DNA from: Acidobacteriota bacterium
GTDB taxonomy: Archaea > Nanobdellota > Nanobdellia > Woesearchaeales > DATGWN01
Length of the DNA stretch: 60,314 nt
Assembly (NCBI GenBank): GCA_035299465.1
Contig: DATGWN010000029.1
Location: forward strand, 1 to 60,314
Direction of reading: 5' to 3'
In this document: positions 55,179 through 60,314 of the stretch, one piece after another
Layout of the letters: each line of letters opens with the position of its first letter
How positions within the stretch are numbered: position 1 is the first letter of the stretch
Notes under the pieces: model-generated
Seen by the model: the letters and a program-made list of their open reading frames with translations, nothing else
Told to the model about the DNA's origin: nothing
Databases searched by the model: none
Position numbers and translations under genes: made by a program

Positions 55179-55221
55179 AACTCAAATCCTGAGCGCAGGC
55201 GTTTATAAAGATTTAGACATT

Positions 55222-56424
55222 TTACGCAGTGAGCCAAGCAAGTTCGTCTTCTGATAAATCCAGAGCCGTTGCAAGCGAAGTTGCAAACGATTTGTCTTTG
55301 CACATCACTTTGTAATAATCAATCTGACCAAACGCTGCCTTATTGGAACAGTGCGTCGCAACAGAAATTTTGTGCGCAATAACTTTTCTTTTTGCGTTTG
55401 ACATGTTGATTTGCCAGATTTTCAGTAATCTTGATGTTCGCTTGTAAGTCAGCGCATTCTTGTACGGCGCATCTTTTGCAAGTGCAACGCCCGCAGTCAT
55501 AAGTGCTCCTGCGTACACCATCAAATGCCATTCTTGATTTCGTCTGATGCGAGATAAGTAAACATCCGCTTTACTGAGTGCGCCGTATGCACGAGCGAGA
55601 TCCATTGGGTTTGTGTACTCATGTGCAACGTTGTAATCTAGCCAAAGCATCTGTTCGTCAATATCCTCGTCGACAGTTTCAAAGGCGCCGCGCGCAATAG
55701 AAGCGTCCATCGTCTTAAAAACAACAGTCAAAGCCTGCTCGATTGAGTCCGTACGTGCCCGCTCGGAGAGTAATTTGATATGTTCTTTTTTGATAGGTCG
55801 ATTTGAAGAAAGAACCTGCAAATCATTTATTGCTGCGCGAACATCACCATCAGAGAATCTCGCGATCGCAGAAATTGCATCAGCTTCCGCTTCGATGCCG
55901 TGCTGTGCACAAAGTCGCAGCAATATTTTTTCCACAAATGCATTGGCTAACTTATCGTATGCGAGCGCTTCACTGATTTTCAAAAGCGGCTTGAGTTTGT
56001 CAAGTTCAGTATCATTAGCTGTGAGAATAATCGGCACAGTGGATTCTTCTATGATTTTTACCAACTCGCCTACACCACCGCGATCTGCTGTGCCACTCGT
56101 TCCATCAATTTCATCGAGAAGTATGATTTTGCCGTCGTAAAAGAAACTTTTTTGTTTGACTGCCGGAGCCACTATTTCTAGAATCGCATCTTTGCCGCGC
56201 GTGTCTGATGCATTAACTTCAAGCAATTCAAAATTCAATTCTTTTGCAATTGCATGAACTACCGAAGTCTTTCCGCTCCCACATGGGCCGTATAATAACA
56301 AAGCTTTCTTGCGTTGTGACCCGTAATTCTGCACGAAATCCTTGATACGCTTGACTTCAGCGTCACGACCGATAATCTGTAAACTTGACGTCGGATTCGA
56401 GAATAGAGTGAGTGGCCCTTGCAT
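55222..56424 (-). CDS. rfcL: replication factor C large subunit
   Basis: LLYGPCGSGKT, ELNASDTR, ILLDEIDG, PIILTAND, GDVRAAINDLQ. Confidence 0.93.
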   Translation of the reverse strand: MQGPLTLFSNPTSSLQIIGRDAEVKRIKDFVQNYGSQRKKALLLYGPCGSGKTSVVHAIAKELNFELLEVNASDTRGKDAILEIVAPAVKQKSFFYDGKIILLDEIDGTSGTADRGGVGELVKIIEESTVPIILTANDTELDKLKPLLKISEALAYDKLANAFVEKILLRLCAQHGIEAEADAISAIARFSDGDVRAAINDLQVLSSNRPIKKEHIKLLSERARTDSIEQALTVVFKTMDASIARGAFETVDEDIDEQMLWLDYNVAHEYTNPMDLARAYGALSKADVYLSRIRRNQEWHLMVYAGALMTAGVALAKDAPYKNALTYKRTSRLLKIWQINMSNAKRKVIAHKISVATHCSNKAAFGQIDYYKVMCKDKSFATSLATALDLSEDELAWLTA

Positions 56425-56544
56425 ACACAAAGAGTCAGTTAATTAATTTATAAAAGTACGTGTATATGTTGTCGCGTGCCGAAAAAAGCGTTCTGCTGCG
56501 ATGCACAATATTTATATACCGCATCCATGACCACTCTACTTACC

Positions 56545-56901
56545 ATGAAAGTAAAAGAAATCAAAGCAAAAGCAGCGGTCGACGAAATCACACTCACTAT
56601 CGAGTCAATTGATGAACCACGAGAAGTTCGTGGAGGATCACTTCGAGTAGCGAACGCAACAGGAGTAGATGAAACTGGCTCTGTTGTTATCACGCTCTGG
56701 AATGACGACATCAATAAAGTCAAGACTGGCGACAAAGTCAAAATCACAAAAGGCTGGGCTGGCGAATACCAAGGCAAGATCCAATTGTCCGCAGGTAAAT
56801 TCGGTAAGCTAGAAGTTGTCGGCGCAGGTGCAGCAGCACCAGCAAAAGGCAAAAAGAAAGCCGAAGAAGTTGACTTTGCAGTCGACGAAGATATTATCTA
56901 A
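56545..56901 (+). CDS. ssb: single-OB-fold ssDNA-binding protein with an acidic tail
   Basis: DETGSVVITLWNDD, GDKVKITKGW, YQGKIQL; tail EEVDFAVDEDII. Confidence 0.9.
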   Translation: MKVKEIKAKAAVDEITLTIESIDEPREVRGGSLRVANATGVDETGSVVITLWNDDINKVKTGDKVKITKGWAGEYQGKIQLSAGKFGKLEVVGAGAAAPAKGKKKAEEVDFAVDEDII

Positions 56902-56920
56902 ATTTTTTCAATCTTTTTTC

Positions 56921-57304
56921 TTAATTAGTTAATAGAACTACACAATGTTCCATCTTAGTGAAATAGTCTGGACATTTGCCATCGCCCGTTCCTGTAATTC
57001 CACCTGATGGAGAACAGATTGCATTTCCGGACTGGTCATAGAGAAAATCAAGTCTGTCACAGCACTGTGATCTTGCGTAATAAACAGGTTGATCGTTATA
57101 GTAACATTTTGTCAAAAATCCACCGTAATTACTGTATTGGCCTTGTTGCGTCAACAAATCGTGGATCCATGGATTCTTTTCTAATTCCGCTTCAATATCC
57201 GTATTTATTTTATTGTGCTTGATGATTGCGAATGTAAAATATACGACGAGCAAGAGAACAAAAATGATCGCCATCGATTTCCAGATTTTGTCAAACGCCG
57301 CCAT
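56921..57304 (-). CDS. membrane-anchored DUF6970-like Cys-rich protein
   Basis: YNDQPVYY...CCDRLDFLYDQSGNAICSPSGGITGTGDGKCPDY. Confidence 0.75.
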   Translation of the reverse strand: MAAFDKIWKSMAIIFVLLLVVYFTFAIIKHNKINTDIEAELEKNPWIHDLLTQQGQYSNYGGFLTKCYYNDQPVYYARSQCCDRLDFLYDQSGNAICSPSGGITGTGDGKCPDYFTKMEHCVVLLTN

Positions 57305-57358
57305 GATTCTGTTTTACTCAACACCGCTCTTTAAAAAATAGTAGGGTCAAAAATAAGT

Positions 57359-57793
57359 TCACTTGATGGCAAAAGTGTGTATATCATCCGCCATCAGATA
57401 TTCGAACAACGTCGTTTTTGTCGGATCAAGACCAACCGTTTTGCATGCGCCCACAAACCATTCGCGCGTTTTTGGATTATTGTACGAAGATTGTTTTTCA
57501 GTGAAGTCAGACCATATTTTGATATCATCTGCCGATCGTGGAATTCCCGCAGTCAAAAGCCAATCTGCAATTTGCTGATCAGACAGTCCCGCCTGCACTT
57601 TTTCTTTTAGTTGCGCAGCTGTTATTCCTTTGTAAGAAAAAAGCATGTTGTCAACAGGACAATCATAGTGATAAAGTCCGATTTTCCCAGCGAGCAATGC
57701 GCGGCATTTGTCAATCGTTCGTCCTAGGATTACAAAACCGTTCAATCGTTCCGTCGGTTTTCGTGGCGGTTGTATCGTGAGATCGTTTATCAT
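57359..57793 (-). CDS. DUF5069 domain protein
   Basis: PPRKPTERLNGFVILGRTIDKCRA...YHYDCPVD..LF; DD..F end. Confidence 0.85.
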   Translation of the reverse strand: MINDLTIQPPRKPTERLNGFVILGRTIDKCRALLAGKIGLYHYDCPVDNMLFSYKGITAAQLKEKVQAGLSDQQIADWLLTAGIPRSADDIKIWSDFTEKQSSYNNPKTREWFVGACKTVGLDPTKTTLFEYLMADDIHTFAIK

Positions 57794-57845
57794 CGTATTG
57801 CAAAACAGCAAGAACCCTTTAAAACAATAATGCAAGAAAAAACAT

Positions 57846-57953
57846 TTACTCGACTAGCTGGCGTATCATCCACATCACGCCTTCACGTGAAAGAGTGATA
57901 CATAGTAGACAAGCGCCATAGACGACCAGCAGAACGACCACCGCAAGCCTCAT
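57846..57953 (-). CDS. 35-aa hydrophobic microprotein (micro-operon gene 3)
   Basis: MRLAVVVLLVVYGACLLCITLSREGVMWMIRQLVE*; ATGA-coupled. Confidence 0.55.
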   Translation of the reverse strand: MRLAVVVLLVVYGACLLCITLSREGVMWMIRQLVE

Positions 57954-58057
57954 AGTGATTCTTGCGGAACTCGCTGCGCATCTATCCAGTCAGTGTCTTC
58001 ATACTCGTCCAAATCTATGAACGAGTCTCGGCCGTATAATTCATACAAATCAGTCAT
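57950..58057 (-). CDS. 35-aa acidic microprotein (micro-operon gene 2)
   Basis: MTDLYELYGRDSFIDLDEYEDTDWIDAQRVPQESL*; SD-like GGGGGT. Confidence 0.55.
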   Translation of the reverse strand: MTDLYELYGRDSFIDLDEYEDTDWIDAQRVPQESL

Positions 58058-58058
58058 C

Positions 58059-58151
58059 TTATACCCCCAAAAACGTATTGTCCTTCCCGTTTTCGGTCTG
58101 CCAATTGCCTTCTCCTATCAATTCCGATAGCGATATTACGGCTTCCTGCAT
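58059..58151 (-). CDS. 30-aa microprotein (micro-operon gene 1)
   Basis: MQEAVISLSELIGEGNWQTENGKDNTFLGV*; SD GGGGTGA 5 nt before the ATG. Confidence 0.5.
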   Translation of the reverse strand: MQEAVISLSELIGEGNWQTENGKDNTFLGV

Positions 58152-58339
58152 ATCTCTCACCCCAGATTAAAAGGTGGAAAGAAGAGAAGATAATAGATTG
58201 CTTGCCTCAATATGTCCAAATATGTATTTTACATATACTCGTTTAAATAGAACGATTTACACATAAAATGCATAAAAAATTGGCTCAATTACACATGAAA
58301 ATCAATAACGCTATAAAGGCGGAAACACGATACGTACAT

Positions 58340-58828
58340 ATGAAACGCACATTATACATATTAGCACTTTTTGCGGTCTTGCTCATGTTCGCTGGCTGCA
58401 GTAAGGCAGCGCCAGAAGATACCTCATTGAAGGACAAACTCTGTACTCTTGAGTATGAACCAGTATGTGGCGCAGACGGTTCGACGTATGGTAATGAATG
58501 TATGGCTCAGGCAAACAAAATTGCCGTTGCGTACATGGGACCTTGCACAGCTGCTCCAGTCGGAACAGTTGAACAAGCATACGACGTGGAAATGATCCTC
58601 GGAAACAAAAATCCAACAAACATAATCTCATTGCCAGTGAATGCAGAATCAGTTATCAAAGTCACAAACCAGCGTGACGCGAAGACTGTCTTCTACCTTC
58701 CACAGCTCGACGTGTATGAATCTCTCGAAGTTGGTGAGACGAAGTACATCGCAGTCGTACCATCAAAGACAGGTTTGTACAGCGTGCAACTCAACAGTGC
58801 AGCATACGCAACCTTCCGAGTGGAATAA
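58340..58828 (+). CDS. secreted lipoprotein-like protein with a Kazal protease-inhibitor domain and a cupredoxin-like domain
   Basis: Signal ..FAGC; CTLEYEPVCGADGSTYGNECMA...GPC. Confidence 0.85.
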   Translation: MKRTLYILALFAVLLMFAGCSKAAPEDTSLKDKLCTLEYEPVCGADGSTYGNECMAQANKIAVAYMGPCTAAPVGTVEQAYDVEMILGNKNPTNIISLPVNAESVIKVTNQRDAKTVFYLPQLDVYESLEVGETKYIAVVPSKTGLYSVQLNSAAYATFRVE

Positions 58829-58885
58829 ATTTTCTTTTTTCTATGTAAATATTTATAAACCATCTAGAAACCCGCATCTATATCC

Positions 58886-58959
58886 GGGACTGTAGCTCAA
58901 CCTGGGAGAGCACACGACTGAAGCTCGTGTTGTTGGGGGTTCAAATCCCTCCGGTCCCA
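58886..58959 (+). tRNA. tRNA-Phe (GAA)
   Basis: GGGACTG/CGGTCCC; anticodon arm CACGA-CT-GAA-GC-TCGTG; T-loop TTCAAAT; TTTATAAA upstream. Confidence 0.95.
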
Positions 58960-58982
58960 TACTTTTTCAAAAGAGGAAGCAT

Positions 58983-59567
58983 ATGAGTATCCTCTATACG
59001 CCACTGGAAAAAGAATTTCTCGATAATCTAACAAAACCAAGAAGCGGCTGGGTAAATAGAGGCGTCCCACCAGAAATCGCCGAAACAGTGCAAACGCACA
59101 CATACAAAGTAATTGCGGCTGCATCGATTTTTGCAAATTCTCACCGACATTATGATCGCGCGCTTCTCATCGATTTTGCAAAAGTCCATGATTTCCCTGA
59201 ACGTCAAGCGCCGGACTTTACTCCATCTGACCAAATCAGCCCAGCACGAAAGTACGAAATAGAAGACCGTGCATTGCAGTCAATGACAATGCATAGAGGC
59301 GAAGAAGGCGCACGAATCTATCGACTTTGGAAACGATTTGAAGCCCAAGACACACTCGAAGCAATGATAGTCAAAGATTTGGACAAAATTGATCCTGCAA
59401 TCCAATCAATAGTATATGCACGAATGAGATACGAAGTAGATGACTTTATACCGTACACAAGAAACCACATCCAACATCGCTTCCTAAAAAAATTATTCGA
59501 TAAAGTCGTAGAAAATCCCGGCACCAATCCTTACAAAACATACTTCCAGGCGTTGCGTAGCGCATAA
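58983..59567 (+). CDS. HD-domain phosphohydrolase (YfbR/HDDC2-like 5'-nucleotidase)
   Basis: PRSGW...ETVQTH, VHD, EA..VKDLDKID. Confidence 0.88.
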   Translation: MSILYTPLEKEFLDNLTKPRSGWVNRGVPPEIAETVQTHTYKVIAAASIFANSHRHYDRALLIDFAKVHDFPERQAPDFTPSDQISPARKYEIEDRALQSMTMHRGEEGARIYRLWKRFEAQDTLEAMIVKDLDKIDPAIQSIVYARMRYEVDDFIPYTRNHIQHRFLKKLFDKVVENPGTNPYKTYFQALRSA

Positions 59568-59599
59568 CTTCATATAGCCAAGCAAAATCCTACTCAATT

Positions 59600-59896
59600 A
59601 TGAAACCAAAAACAATCTGCCAAATCGCACTTGCTGCCGTCAGCCTTCCTGCCGCAGGACTTTGGAAAGGCTCAGAGAAGTCAGTTAATTCCGCAATCTT
59701 GTTAACAGTGTTAGGCATGAGCGTTCAATCATTCGTGTTCATTAGTTCATACATCGCGCAACGAAAATTTGCCGATTATCATCCAGCGCCACCAAAATCG
59801 CATGCAGAAGTATTTGCGTGTTTCACGACTAGCTATGGCTTGTACAAACTCGCAGCGCCAAAAGAAACGTATTCAACGCATGCTCGAAGCGACTGA
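59600..59896 (+). CDS. hypothetical membrane protein
   Basis: 98 aa with hydrophobic segments. Confidence 0.55.
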   Translation: MKPKTICQIALAAVSLPAAGLWKGSEKSVNSAILLTVLGMSVQSFVFISSYIAQRKFADYHPAPPKSHAEVFACFTTSYGLYKLAAPKETYSTHARSD

Positions 59897-60247
59897 AACA
59901 TCTAAGATAGTATTGTCATATATTATCATCTGACGTAAATACGGATTCGTACCAAAGACAATCGTCTGACGATGCGGACTACTCGGATCGACATAGCGTG
60001 CACCAACCGGTGCCATCTGAAGCACTTTCTCAAGACCATCCTGCATCGTCAATCCCATACGGCCGATACGAGGCGCCATACGAATCAAATCGCTACGACA
60101 CTCCGCATGCAACAAATATGGCTTACCATCCCACATCAAATCATATTTTACTTTTTCTTCTTCAACTTCTCGTGAACGCCGACTCGGCGCGCTTTTTTGC
60201 GCAACTTCTCCATACGTTGCACCTACATATTTGCCATCTTGCAGCAT
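59873..60247 (-). CDS. hypothetical protein
   Basis: 124-aa ORF; no family recognised. Confidence 0.5.
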   Translation of the reverse strand: MLQDGKYVGATYGEVAQKSAPSRRSREVEEEKVKYDLMWDGKPYLLHAECRSDLIRMAPRIGRMGLTMQDGLEKVLQMAPVGARYVDPSSPHRQTIVFGTNPYLRQMIIYDNTILDVSVASSMR

Positions 60248-60314
60248 AACCGAAAAAGACTTCTTGAAAAAATCTGCAGAGTATGGTGGTCGACCGAGCG
60301 CGTGTAGCCAACGC

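Noticed and set aside
1-60314. CRISPR array, rRNA, integrase or transposase
   Set aside because: No regularly spaced 25-40-bp repeats, rRNA-like tracts or recombinase/transposase motifs were found on reading either strand.
1-60314. Plus strand looks A/C-rich, with most genes on the minus strand (possible lagging-strand skew)
   Set aside because: An impression only; a cumulative GC-skew calculation over the whole contig is needed, and such skew would be ordinary.
60250-60314. Possible partial gene at the right edge
   Set aside because: Too short to assign a frame or family.
1-60314. Alternative genetic code, inteins, tRNA introns or programmed frameshifts
   Set aside because: All recognisable genes are intact in code 11 with expected lengths; tRNAs fold without introns; short overlaps are standard ATGA/TAATG coupling.

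Overview
A 60.3-kb chromosomal segment from a DPANN archaeon, most likely Woesearchaeota-like. This is inferred from Topo VI A/B, ABCE1, TrmI, L35Ae, RFC-L, a single-OB SSB, a COG1361 S-layer-type protein, TATA-box promoters and intron-less, CCA-less tRNAs; standard genetic code 11 fits throughout. Housekeeping genes (top6AB, rli1/ABCE1, trmI, truD, dus, ppa, rpl35ae, rfcL, ssb, four tRNAs: Arg-TCT, Cys-GCA, Thr-CGT, Phe-GAA) alternate with accessory blocks. (i) ORFan-rich patches near the tRNAs, including a duplicated tRNA-Arg 3' end and a repeat-containing multi-HTH protein. (ii) A copper-homeostasis island (14.5-21.7 kb). (iii) A bacterial-type mnmA convergent with a complete sufB-D-S-U-C operon and an NrtR regulator. 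(iv) A TetR-controlled MacB-type ABC/S-layer operon next to an MBOAT/SGNH O-acylation pair and a VKOR/BCP/ferredoxin redox set. (v) The most striking block: a 6.8-kb, 13-gene, apparently co-transcribed array of class III signal-peptide (prepilin-like) genes at 43.1-49.9 kb. It contains three small pilins with a beta-defensin-like six-cysteine pattern and a duplicated micro-pilin + large Cys-rich pilin module, and it lies downstream of a HerA/DUF87 ATPase. Reading the DNA below the ORF-track threshold also gave a three-microprotein operon (57.85-58.15 kb), a candidate box C/D sRNA upstream of truD, and candidate operators for four regulators. No CRISPR array, rRNA, integrase or transposase was seen. 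All family assignments come from motif recognition by eye; no database searches were run.
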